From Desulfarculaceae bacterium (GTDB lineage Bacteria > Desulfobacterota > Desulfocorpusculales > Desulfocorpusculum): a DNA stretch of 64,000 bases. The position numbers and the translations under genes are program-made. Positions 20,601-28,958 of the stretch are shown in pieces (position 1 is the first letter of the stretch; the number at the start of each line of letters is the position of its first letter). The notes below the pieces were generated by a model, which saw only the letters and a program-made list of their open reading frames with translations, was not told where the DNA came from and made no database searches. Location: the NCBI GenBank assembly GCA_037443445.1, contig JBBIOJ010000007.1:69383-133382 (forward strand), read 5' to 3'.

Positions 20601-20819
20601 ACCTTCCTGACCTTGGAGGATGAGACCGGCTTTGTAAACGTGGTGGTCTGGCCCAGCCTCTACGTGAAGCACATGCCCCTTGTGAAGACCGCTCCTCTCT
20701 TGGGGGTATCCGGTACGCTTCAAGTGCAGGGGGAGGTGGTGAATCTGGTGGCCCGAAGCCTCTGGACACCGGGGGTCTCCCTTCAGAAGACCCACGGACC
20801 CAGCCGGGATTTCCAATGA
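17622..20819 (+). CDS. dnaE2: error-prone DNA polymerase III alpha-subunit paralog DnaE2 (ImuC)
   Basis: 1065 aa; PHP-domain N-terminus (KSHYSFLEGASSPGELVEEA) and Pol III alpha core motifs; GTG start with GAGGTG RBS. Confidence 0.85.
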   Translation: MGSGGTGYVPLWVKSHYSFLEGASSPGELVEEAKRLGLSSIALTDRDGLYGVVRAYVAAREAGIHLVVGAQVSVGEVESREPAIGSPATSPLAAHQSQVVLLAMDREGYANLCKLITLGRLRSPKGRSLVSWQEVCLHSRGLLAMLGGDESALASKAEPAPILNMLKDAFGDRLYAAVARHKRAEERDQEYRVILRARKNSIPLVAAPEVLYHTPSRRPLQDVLTCIRNGVALSEAGRLTRPNSEYALLSPFSFRTLYQDLPGAVERTLEVAERCKFSLEEIRYRYPSERLPEGLTSQQWLRELTLRGARERYGASVPAEVRAQLERELALIEELDYSGYFLTMWEIVRFCREHSILCQGRGSAANSAVCYCLGITAIDPVRMGLLFERFISKERAEPPDIDLDIMHQRREEVIQHVYERYGRDHAAMVANFIRYRPKMAVRDLGKVLGLPRTSLERLAKLLPHHGEIIPEHLRMAGMDPSLPISQHLIRLGSELLDVPRHLSIHPGGFLLGHEPVHTLVPIERGSMEGRTVIQWDKEDIEDLGLFKVDLLGLGALTHLDITLRLLEKHHGLSLSMATIPAEDSATYEMISRGDTVGVFQLESRAQMSMLPRLKPKCFYDLVVQISIIRPGPITGGMVHPYLRRRSGQEPVEYPHECLRAVLEKTLGVPIFQEQVMRLAMVAADYSPGEADQLRRDMAAWRRGGRMGRHRERLISRMLAKGIEREFAERVFQQIQGFGEYGFPESHAASFALISYASAWLRRHWPAEFACALLNAQPMGFYSPATIIEDAKRHGIDIRPVSVVRSSWECSLEPLDGKVCPGGEQPEGTKPGFAVRMGLRFVKGLGRGHWERIVEARNVAPFASLEDFVQRCGLDREVLSALAQAGALEALQEGRRNALWGVLGAPRRPRCSIPVKDREAKASFAPLSALETVMWDYRTQEHSPLAHPLAMVREELRRRGFPTAQEISGMGQGSRVRYAGLVICRQRPGTARGVTFLTLEDETGFVNVVVWPSLYVKHMPLVKTAPLLGVSGTLQVQGEVVNLVARSLWTPGVSLQKTHGPSRDFQ

Positions 20820-20928
20820 GAAGAGCCTGGAGGCTTGAATCCCCAGAGGCTTTGCTCTTGTGACCGTCGTGGAGGACGTGGATTGACCATGAGGGCTTTT
20901 CCATAAGAGAATAAGGGCGCGCCTCCAA

Positions 20929-21010
20929 GCGAGAGTGGCGGAACTGGCAGACGCGCTGGACTTAGGATCCAGTGGGGCAACCCGTGGGGGTTCAACTCCC
21001 CCCTCTCGCA
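20929..21010 (+). tRNA. tRNA-Leu (anticodon TAG)
   Basis: Type II tRNA: acceptor GCGAGAG/CTCTCGC, anticodon stem CTGGA/TCCAG with loop CTTAGGA, long variable arm, T-arm GGGGG-TTCAACT-CCCCC; 82 nt. Confidence 0.8.
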
Positions 21011-21179
21011 CTCGGCCCGTGGAGTGAAACAAAAAGGCCAGTTTATTGTCCCACCCGGCCCCTGGGGAGAAAAGCTAGACCTGGGCAGCAGAGCTTAGCA
21101 TGGAGAAGGGCCGGTAGCGGAAACTCGCGTCAGAGACAAGCCTCTGGGTGCCCAAGTTTGAGCAAGGGGGAATCAAGGG

Positions 21180-21716
21180 ATGGAAAGGGAATTCTCCAGG
21201 AGAGTCAGGATAAGAAAGATGGGGGGCGCACAGGAGGAGGTCTTCCCGGTGGACGAGGTGCGGGAGGGCTGGGAACGCCACAGGCCCGAGCCTGGCAGAC
21301 GTTACTACGTGTTCCAGGACAACGGGAAAGTGCTGCGCACCGGGGTGGTGAGGAAACTCACCTTGAGAGGGTTCGAAACAGAGAATTCCCAGTACGAGCT
21401 GGAGGAGGTGCCCTTGAGGGTGGGTCCTGCCTTGGGAGATACCGTGGGATTCACACTGGAGGCCAGGGATCGCCAAGGGAAATATCAGAGGGTTTGCAGG
21501 CCTGCCAAGGTGAGGATCCGGTGTGCTGACGGCAGTACCATAGTGGGTCATGTGAATTTGAGCTGCGAACCCGACGGCTTTGACCGGGTAAGCGAGATCT
21601 TCACAGAAGGGGAGAAGCCCTTCATTGTGGTTTTCAACGCCACCTCCCGGGGCAGGGGTGAAAGCGTCCTGGTAATCAACAAGGCGCACATAATCTGGGC
21701 CAGCCCCGAGGATTGA
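21180..21716 (+). CDS. hypothetical protein, paralog family member B (family core plus about 90 aa C-terminal extension)
   Basis: Contains GWE..RPEPGRRYYVFQDNGKVLRTGVVRKL..GFETENSQYEL; 178 aa. Confidence 0.55.
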   Translation: MEREFSRRVRIRKMGGAQEEVFPVDEVREGWERHRPEPGRRYYVFQDNGKVLRTGVVRKLTLRGFETENSQYELEEVPLRVGPALGDTVGFTLEARDRQGKYQRVCRPAKVRIRCADGSTIVGHVNLSCEPDGFDRVSEIFTEGEKPFIVVFNATSRGRGESVLVINKAHIIWASPED

Positions 21717-21782
21717 ATCCTGAGGCCCGCAAAGAGGAGCTCTTGCAGCTCTCTCAAATGGGGCTGCTGGAGAGCCAATGAT

Positions 21783-22769
21783 TCATGCCCCCAAATCCTC
21801 TCCCGCAAGCCTCACCTCCAGATAAAGGTCGCCTGTCTCCCCCAGAGCGTTTCTCAGACCAAGGCCCTTCAGTCTAAGCACGGTCCCGTCCCTGGTGTGC
21901 GGCGGGATTGTGACCAGGAAGTTTTTCCGAGCCATGCCGTGCCTGACTGATATGAGCTTTCGGGTCCCAAGCAAGGCCTCCTTGGGACTCACGCTTATCC
22001 AGCCCCTGATATCAAGATCCTCCAAAGGCTGGAGCCCGCCCAGCCGCTGGAGTTTGGGAGTCCTCTTTCTCAGGGTTCGGCTCCTGAGAGCTTCCCCCAG
22101 CCCTACCCTGGGCACCAGCTGGGAGAGTTTCAGGAGCGCTATCCCGGCCACAAACCCTCCTATGTGAGCCCACCAGGCCACCCCGCCGGCTTGGCCCGAA
22201 GTGGCTCCGGCCGAAAGGATCTGCATCAGGAACCACAGTCCCAGGAAAACAAAGGCAGGCACCTCCACCAGCTGCAGGAAAAAGAAAATGGGCAAGAGAG
22301 TAAGTATCCTGGCCCGTGGGAACAGAATAAGGTACGCTCCCATGACTCCGGATATGGCTCCGCTGGCTCCTATGGTGGGCACAGGGGACTTCCAGTTGGT
22401 GAAAAGATGGGCGAGACCTGCTGCCAGGCCGCAAAGCAAGTAGAAGACAAGATAGCGCAGATGCCCCAGACGATCCTCCACATTGTCCCCGAACAGGTAC
22501 AGGGACCACATGTTTCCCACCAGGTGAAGTATGCCCCCGTGCAAGAACATGCAGGTGAGAAAAGGAAGCATCTGTTCCACCGCACTGAATTTGGAGGCCA
22601 CGGCCGGGTCTGAATAACGCAGGGGCACAAGGCCGTAGAGGAAGAAGGCCTTCTCCAGCCTGGGACCCAAGCTGGCCTGCCAGACAAAGGCAATCAGGTT
22701 TGTTGCCATGATGGTGTAGTTCACCAACGGGAAGGTGAGGGAGCGGTTGCTGTCTCGAAGGGGTATCAC
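21783..22769 (-). CDS. rhomboid family intramembrane serine protease with C-terminal soluble extension
   Basis: Six predicted TM helices; catalytic GASGAISG and AHIGGF motifs. Confidence 0.8.
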   Translation of the reverse strand: MIPLRDSNRSLTFPLVNYTIMATNLIAFVWQASLGPRLEKAFFLYGLVPLRYSDPAVASKFSAVEQMLPFLTCMFLHGGILHLVGNMWSLYLFGDNVEDRLGHLRYLVFYLLCGLAAGLAHLFTNWKSPVPTIGASGAISGVMGAYLILFPRARILTLLPIFFFLQLVEVPAFVFLGLWFLMQILSAGATSGQAGGVAWWAHIGGFVAGIALLKLSQLVPRVGLGEALRSRTLRKRTPKLQRLGGLQPLEDLDIRGWISVSPKEALLGTRKLISVRHGMARKNFLVTIPPHTRDGTVLRLKGLGLRNALGETGDLYLEVRLAGEDLGA

Positions 22770-22824
22770 GAGATCCCCCCTATGTCCCTGAGAGGCAGGT
22801 GTTCATGGAGAGGCTGCCTTGTTC

Positions 22825-23658
22825 TCATTCTGGGCTCTTGAACGCCTCCAGCTCCCTTATCACTGCCGCCAATGCCCTGGCTGTTCTCACAAGGTTGGCT
22901 GGATCCCTCAGTCCCAGATATCTGACTTCCACCTGCACGGCTTGGGTTGGGCCGATCTTGTTTTCCAGAGACTTCAAGTATCCAGGAATGGCTTTCTTGG
23001 CACAATATTGGGGTACCCCGTCGGTGGCAGTGAAACCCTTTTGGCCCAAGCCCTTGAGGATCCCCCCTATCACCTCCTTTGAGGCCGTGGCTGCCCCCCC
23101 CTGGGCCAGAGCGCTTTCTCTCTCCTCTGAGGTGTATCCGGCCCCAAGGCAGAAATCTCCGGCGCAGAGCCTTCTAGCATTGGCATCTGACATGCCGTGA
23201 ATACAAAGCACAAGGGGCGTGGCCTTGGATCTGGAGGCTACTGTTCTTATCAGGTCCAGAAGCATCTCCATGAATCTTCTGGTATGGGGATTGGAACTCC
23301 ATGGCTGATTCAGGTTAGCCGGTCGGCCCGAGGCATGTTGGTTGCCCGGCTTGTGAAAGGCCTTGTTGTTGATGAGATAACAAGCATTCAGCTCCTTGGC
23401 CAAGAAAAATGCCAGATAGTCCGTATGGTCGTCGTCTCCGGGGAATCCGTGAGGGGCCACCACCAAGACGTTCGATGCCCCTTGGGCAAATACTTTGAGC
23501 TGCTGCTCCGGGTAGAACTCTTCTCGGAAAAGATTTCTCTGCTCTGGGGTGAGCTCCCTTTCTATGTTGCGCCTCACAGACAAAATCCAGCCCTGCAAGT
23601 CCTCCCTGCTCCTGGTGATCTCAAGGGTGGCCGTGTCCTGCTGCCGTGACAAATTCAT
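22825..23658 (-). CDS. hypothetical protein, possible metal-dependent amidohydrolase (FGase/poly-gamma-glutamate hydrolase-like motifs)
   Basis: Strong RBS GGGGAGG before ATG MNLSRQQ at 23658; motifs VVAPHGFPGDDDHTDY and VLCIHGMSD. Family assignment is uncertain. Confidence 0.45.
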   Translation of the reverse strand: MNLSRQQDTATLEITRSREDLQGWILSVRRNIERELTPEQRNLFREEFYPEQQLKVFAQGASNVLVVAPHGFPGDDDHTDYLAFFLAKELNACYLINNKAFHKPGNQHASGRPANLNQPWSSNPHTRRFMEMLLDLIRTVASRSKATPLVLCIHGMSDANARRLCAGDFCLGAGYTSEERESALAQGGAATASKEVIGGILKGLGQKGFTATDGVPQYCAKKAIPGYLKSLENKIGPTQAVQVEVRYLGLRDPANLVRTARALAAVIRELEAFKSPE

Positions 23659-24424
23659 ACCTCCCCAACAATTGGCACTCTGAGCTGCTGGCAGTTCTGC
23701 CCAAAGCAAACACAATAATGTCCAGGTACTTAGCCCTTCTCTCAAAGAAGGCCTTGTTTTCAAAGCTCCTGGCCTGTTATTCAAGAAGCCTTCTTGGAGT
23801 AAGTCTTCCCAAGCCACCGGGTTCCCTTTGTTCTCGGAAGGCGATGATGGAACATCCTGGCCTCGCCGTCAACCTCATTGAAGAGAGGAAGCCGTCCTGT
23901 TGGAGCAGGGGTTCCCATCCTGGTGGTTTGTGCCAGGCCCCTGTTGGGGAGAAACGTTCTTTGAGACTTCCTTGTGATACATCAGAATTCCAGGGGCTCT
24001 GAATCCACAGAAATTTTCCCCGGAAAGATCGGGCCCTGTTTGAAAACCCCCAAAACCAAAGGAAAATAGCCCCATTCCATCTGGTTTTTCTGTAAGGGGC
24101 GGCCACATCGCGAGAATCAAAGGTTGCTTGGCTTGCCATGTTGGAACTGAGTGGGAGGACCGGCAGGCCCGAGCTGCAGGGGGGTGACCAAAGCCCCATT
24201 TTTTTGCACCTGCCTTCGGCAGCAGCTCAAAAGCAGGTATGAAGACACTCCCCTCGAGCCAGATCTTTTGCTGCTAGAAAATGCGACTGTGAAATGGTGA
24301 AAGTGTAAGTTGAGAGACATGAAGCCGATCGGGATTTCCAAGGAATCCTTTGCAGCCCCTTTTTCGTCAAAAGAGTGAAGCCTCAGGGGCTGTTCGGAAT
24401 CAATGGAGCTGCAGGAGGAGAAAA

Positions 24425-24802
24425 ATGGATCTCAAGAGTTACTTCGAGAAGGCCTCAGGAAGAGGAGTTCTTGCCACCGCAGATGCTGATGGAAAGGTGA
24501 ACCTGGCCGTTTTCAGTAGGCCCCATGTGATGGAGGACCAGACAGTGGCTTTCATAATGCCCGAAAGGCTTACCCATCACAATCTTCAGTCCAACCCCTA
24601 TGCCGCGTACATGTTCATGGAGGATGGACAGGGCTGGAAGGGAGTGAGGCTTCACCTGAAAAAGCTCAGGGAGGAAAAGGACTCGGACTTGCTGAGGACT
24701 CTCAAGAGGCGAAGGTACGAGGGAGACGAGGAGGGAAGGCATCTGGTTTTCTTCGAGGTGGAGAGAATCCTGCCCCTTGTGGGCTCTGGGGAGAAGGCTT
24801 AA
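24425..24802 (+). CDS. pyridoxamine 5'-phosphate oxidase-like FMN-binding protein
   Basis: MDLKSYFEKASGRGVLATADADGKVNLAVF is a typical PNPOx-like split-barrel N-terminus; about 125 aa. Confidence 0.6.
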   Translation: MDLKSYFEKASGRGVLATADADGKVNLAVFSRPHVMEDQTVAFIMPERLTHHNLQSNPYAAYMFMEDGQGWKGVRLHLKKLREEKDSDLLRTLKRRRYEGDEEGRHLVFFEVERILPLVGSGEKA

Positions 24803-25019
24803 GCGGGATTCTTCGCCGAGGTTGTTGGCCTGGGTTATCCAAGGCTTGTGAATAATCCAGGCCCAGACACTGAACTCTTGATGTGAGACCTCAAAAAGGC
24901 TTGCTGAACTTTGATTTGCAAAGTATCCCGCGGGCCTTAGGGCCTGATTTCCCAAGGTGTTCTGGGCCCTTATGAAGGGATCCTGGGGCTTCGTAGGCTA
25001 ATTTTTCTTGGCCTGATCC

Positions 25020-25646
25020 CTAGGGGGGTGGGAAAAGAGCACCCACCGGGCAGACATTCCAGCATCCTTCCAGGATGTCCTGATCTCCCTCCCAATGGAA
25101 AAGCCCGATATGTGTTCCAAGTCCCCTCCCGGCGAAATGGAATACACCTGTTCCGTTGCTTCGGGCCCAACTAACACACCTCCCGCAAAGAACGCACTTG
25201 CTCCTGTCGTAGAGCACCCTTCCCAATGTATGGTCTGTGGACTCCTTCACAGAAATATCCACCAGCCCCGAGACCTTGAGGCCCAGCCCCAAGGCCCTGG
25301 CCAGCTTCTGGAGTTGGCATTTGCCGTTGGCAAAGCAGTGTGCACAATCCACCCTGTGGTTTGAAAGAATTAGCCTGAGGGCAGCTCGTTGCAGTCTCCT
25401 GACGCTCTCGGTCTGGGTGCGAACCCTCATCCCGGGGCTCACCCGCTTTGTGCAGGAAGCCACAGGTCCTTGTGTGCCATCTATCTCCACAAAGCAGAGC
25501 CTGCACCCTCCAAAAGCCTCAGAGTCGCCCTCTCCATGGCAGAGGTGGGGTATGAAGATGGAATGCCTGAGGGCGGCTTTCAGCACGCTATCATCCTGAA
25601 GAGCATCTATCTGGAGGCCATCTATTTCCAATCTGACGAGTCCCAT
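25020..25646 (-). CDS. NuoG N-terminal-like / HoxU-like [2Fe-2S] plus [4Fe-4S] ferredoxin subunit
   Basis: 2Fe-2S Cys pattern (CHGEG..C..C...C), His-ligated cluster motif HRVDCAHCFANGKC, 4Fe-4S motif CVLCGRCV; about 209 aa, so it lacks the molybdopterin domain. Confidence 0.65.
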   Translation of the reverse strand: MGLVRLEIDGLQIDALQDDSVLKAALRHSIFIPHLCHGEGDSEAFGGCRLCFVEIDGTQGPVASCTKRVSPGMRVRTQTESVRRLQRAALRLILSNHRVDCAHCFANGKCQLQKLARALGLGLKVSGLVDISVKESTDHTLGRVLYDRSKCVLCGRCVSWARSNGTGVFHFAGRGLGTHIGLFHWEGDQDILEGCWNVCPVGALFPPP

Positions 25647-25662
25647 GTCGGAGTTGCACCTC

Positions 25663-27597
25663 TCAGTGAGAATTCTTCTCTGCTCTCGGGGCTTCGGGCA
25701 ATGGAACATCCGTGACCGGTGAGATGCGCACCACTGCCCTGTACTCGGGCGGGCAGGCTCGAACACACTCCCCGCATTTCACGCACTTGTCCTGCTCCAC
25801 AGCCTTCTTGCGGGTGCGCATTGTGTATATGGCCTCTGTGGGACAGGTTCCCACACAGGCATCACAGCCTGCAGCACACCGCTCAGGCAGGATGTAGTAA
25901 GCTGTAAGCTCCCTGCACTGAAGGGCCGGGCATTTTTTCTCCTGCACATGGGCCAGATACTCCTCCCTGAAGTACCTGAGGGTGGTCAAGACCGGATTGG
26001 GTGCAGTGGCCCCAAGGTTGCAAAGGGATCCCTGCTTCACATCCCTTGCCAGTTCCTCCAGGAGTTCCAGGTCTTCCGGGGTCCCTTTCCCCGAGGTTAT
26101 TCTTGTCAGCAGCTCCAGCATCTGCCGGGTTCCTATTCGGCAAAACGTGCATTTCCCGCAAGACTCCCCCTGAGTGAACTCCAGGAAAAAGCGAGCCACC
26201 TCCACCATACAGTCTTCTTCGTCCAGGACCACTATGCCGCCGGAACCCATCATGGCTCCAGCCTCCTGGAGTGTTTCGTAGTCCATGGGGGTGTCCTGCA
26301 GTGCCGCTGGCACGCAGCCCCCTGAGGGGCCTCCTATTTGAAGGGCCTTGAAACCCTTCTCTTCGGCCATGCCGCCGCAGATGTCGAAAACCAGTTGCCT
26401 CAAGGTGGTGCCCAAGGGGACCTCCACCAGGCCCGGTTGCTGACACTTTCCCACAACGGAAAAGACCATTGTGCCGGGGCTGGAGTCGGTCCCGATTCCA
26501 GAGAAGGAACCATTGCCATTTTCCAGGATCTTGGGCACCAAGGCCAATGTCTTCACGTTGTTCACCAAGGTGGGCCTGCCCCCGAGGCCTCTCTCGGCCG
26601 GGAAGGGAGGTCTGGGCCGGGGCATTCCCCTCTCTCCCTGGATGGATGCTATAAGGGCTGTCTCCTCACCGCACACAAAGGCTCCCGAGCCCTCGAAGAG
26701 CCTGATGTCCAAGTTGACTCCGCTTCCCAGCATGTCCTTGCCCAGCAACCCCAGGCTGGAGGCATCCTGCAGGGCCTTCTTGACTCTCCTGATGGCCAGA
26801 GGGTACTCGGCCCTCACATACACGTATCCCTCGGAAGCCCCCACGGCTAATGCCGCAATGGCCAAACCTTCCAGGACCTGATGAGGATTGCTTTCCAATA
26901 CAGCCCTGTCCATATAGGCGCCAGGATCCCCCTCGTCCCCATTGCAGATCACAATGGGGATGCCGTAAGGGCTTTTTCTGCAGATCTCCCATTTGCGCGC
27001 TGTGGGGAAGCCTGCCCCCCCTCTCCCCCTCAGACCGGCCGCAGCCAGCTCAGCTATGATTTCCTCAGGCTGCAGGGAAAGGCTCCTCACCAGAGCCCTG
27101 TAGCCTCCCTTGGCTATGTATTGGTGAATCTCCTCCGGGTCTATTAGCCCGCAGTGCTCCAGAATGAGTCTTTTTTCATAATGGAACCTGGGAAGATCCC
27201 AAACAGGGGGCATGAGCTCGTCTTCCTGCAGGGCCCCCATCACAAAATCCAAGAAGGGGTCCCCATCCTGCACCAAGTAACGAAGCAGGAGTTCTGCTTT
27301 TGTGGGATTCACACGGGAGTACAGATAGGGAGCCATCCCTGGCATCTTCACAGTGACCAGAGGCTCCGCGTAACAATGGCCTATGCAGCCTACTTCCCTG
27401 ATTTGAACATCCAGGCCCATGCGGGCCGCGGCATCCCTAAAGGCACCCATCACCTCCCCGGCTCCTTGAGCCAGCCCGCAGGTGGCGGTTCCCACTGTTA
27501 TCAGGGGTCTGGGATCCTGCCAGAGGGCCTTCCATCTTCGGGAAGCCTCTTCCTGGATTTGTGCAAATCTGGCCGGTGTATCACTGGGTAGACCCAT
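25663..27597 (-). CDS. NuoF-like NAD(P)H-binding flavoprotein subunit (51-kDa-like) with N-terminal thioredoxin-like and C-terminal 2x[4Fe-4S] domains
   Basis: GRGGAGFPTARKWE FMN/NADH motif; CGKCTFCR; C-terminal CAAGCDACVGTCP and CVKCGECVRACP; architecture resembles the HydB/HoxF/NfnB-like subunit of bifurcating complexes. Confidence 0.75.
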   Translation of the reverse strand: MGLPSDTPARFAQIQEEASRRWKALWQDPRPLITVGTATCGLAQGAGEVMGAFRDAAARMGLDVQIREVGCIGHCYAEPLVTVKMPGMAPYLYSRVNPTKAELLLRYLVQDGDPFLDFVMGALQEDELMPPVWDLPRFHYEKRLILEHCGLIDPEEIHQYIAKGGYRALVRSLSLQPEEIIAELAAAGLRGRGGAGFPTARKWEICRKSPYGIPIVICNGDEGDPGAYMDRAVLESNPHQVLEGLAIAALAVGASEGYVYVRAEYPLAIRRVKKALQDASSLGLLGKDMLGSGVNLDIRLFEGSGAFVCGEETALIASIQGERGMPRPRPPFPAERGLGGRPTLVNNVKTLALVPKILENGNGSFSGIGTDSSPGTMVFSVVGKCQQPGLVEVPLGTTLRQLVFDICGGMAEEKGFKALQIGGPSGGCVPAALQDTPMDYETLQEAGAMMGSGGIVVLDEEDCMVEVARFFLEFTQGESCGKCTFCRIGTRQMLELLTRITSGKGTPEDLELLEELARDVKQGSLCNLGATAPNPVLTTLRYFREEYLAHVQEKKCPALQCRELTAYYILPERCAAGCDACVGTCPTEAIYTMRTRKKAVEQDKCVKCGECVRACPPEYRAVVRISPVTDVPLPEAPRAEKNSH

Positions 27598-28213
27598 TCC
27601 CCTCTTTCCTTTCCACCTCCATGACAAGGCCGTTTACCTTGCTTGTCATCATGTGGCCGTAGAAGGTCTCAGTGGAGTCCTGGCGAACCACCACCACAGG
27701 CGCCAAGGCGCAGCATCCCACGCAGGCCACCTTCTCCAGGCTAAAGAGCCTGTCAGAGGTGGTCCCCCCTTCCTTTATGCCCAAACGTCGCTCCCATTCC
27801 TCCAGGATCACATACGAACGCTTCACGTGGCAGGCCGTTCCTGTACAGACCTTCACCTGGTACTTGCCTGGGGGAGTCAAGCGGAACTGGTTGTAAAAAG
27901 TGGCGACTCCGTACACCTCCCCCACAGGAACTGAGAGGTACTTGGCCACCTCCTCCATCCCCCATGGAGGAAGGTAACCGAACAGGGCCTGCATGCTCTG
28001 CAGCATTGGGATTAGGTTGGTGCGCTGCGGCTCAAAACTCTTGAGGGACCTCTCCAATTGAAGCCGGGCTTCCTTGTCCTCTGCTTCCAAATCTGCTTCT
28101 CCCGAGCGCCATTGTGCCAAATTCACGCCCCTGTAGTATAGCGCCTCACCCCGGGCCTTGGGGAGGGGTAACCGGATCGAGGGGGCGCCAGAGGCCAGCT
28201 TTTTCCGCTGCAA
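27581..28213 (-). CDS. NuoE-like thioredoxin-fold [2Fe-2S] subunit (24-kDa-like)
   Basis: EVYGVATFYNQF and CTGTACHV...CVGCCALAP motifs. The start is uncertain because the ORF overlaps the upstream gene end by about 68 nt. Confidence 0.65.
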   Translation of the reverse strand: MQRKKLASGAPSIRLPLPKARGEALYYRGVNLAQWRSGEADLEAEDKEARLQLERSLKSFEPQRTNLIPMLQSMQALFGYLPPWGMEEVAKYLSVPVGEVYGVATFYNQFRLTPPGKYQVKVCTGTACHVKRSYVILEEWERRLGIKEGGTTSDRLFSLEKVACVGCCALAPVVVVRQDSTETFYGHMMTSKVNGLVMEVERKEGNGSTQ

Positions 28214-28907
28214 GGACCATCCTCAGGGGAAGCTTCTCCCCAAGGACAAGTTTCAGCATATCGAGGGCCTTCTTCGCCTCTTTCCTGAATGTGTCTTGGC
28301 CCAAGGGGCATCCATCCCCCACCAGGGGTATCCGGCTTTTCATGTGTATACTGGCCAAGGTGGCCTCACTCAGATAGATCAGGGGGCGGATCAGCTCCAA
28401 GGGCTCCCCAGGCAGGGAAACCACAGGGGCAAAAACCCGCAACCGGCCCCCCTTTGCCAGGTTCATCAAGAGGGTCTGAGCTGCGTCCTCCGCGTGGTGA
28501 GCCAAGGCCAGCTTCTGGATTTTCTCCTGGCCCAAAGCACCTGCCATGGCCCCTCTCTTGAGCCTGGCGCACAAAGAGCAGGCTCCTTTGGGGGGCACCT
28601 GAGCGGGGAGCCTCAGCAGGACCTCTCTGTAAGGTGTATCCAAGGCTTGGCAAAGCTCTTGAAGGGGTTTGGTGTCATAGGGGCCCATGCGGACATGGAT
28701 CCCCAGGAGCTGGAATCTCACATGTGAATGTCGCCTCAAGTAATCCAGTATCACCAGAAGGGCGGAGCTGTCCTTCCCGCCTGAGAGAGCCACTGCCACC
28801 CGCTCCCCGGGTGAGATCATGCGGTAGCGGGCCAGAGCCCTCAGCACCGAGGTGGCGAACCACTTCCCATTGCTTCTTGCATATTGCAGTGGAAGTTCCA
28901 TGGGCAC
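28146..28907 (-). CDS. PP-loop ATPase, TtcA-like tRNA thiolation protein
   Basis: SGGKDS PP-loop; CSLC and later Cys consistent with the TtcA family. Confidence 0.55.
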   Translation of the reverse strand: MPMELPLQYARSNGKWFATSVLRALARYRMISPGERVAVALSGGKDSSALLVILDYLRRHSHVRFQLLGIHVRMGPYDTKPLQELCQALDTPYREVLLRLPAQVPPKGACSLCARLKRGAMAGALGQEKIQKLALAHHAEDAAQTLLMNLAKGGRLRVFAPVVSLPGEPLELIRPLIYLSEATLASIHMKSRIPLVGDGCPLGQDTFRKEAKKALDMLKLVLGEKLPLRMVLAAEKAGLWRPLDPVTPPQGPG

Positions 28908-28958
28908 ATGATTATACCGCTTGAGGCTTCATGACCCAATTCATGGGAGAAGAGAACC

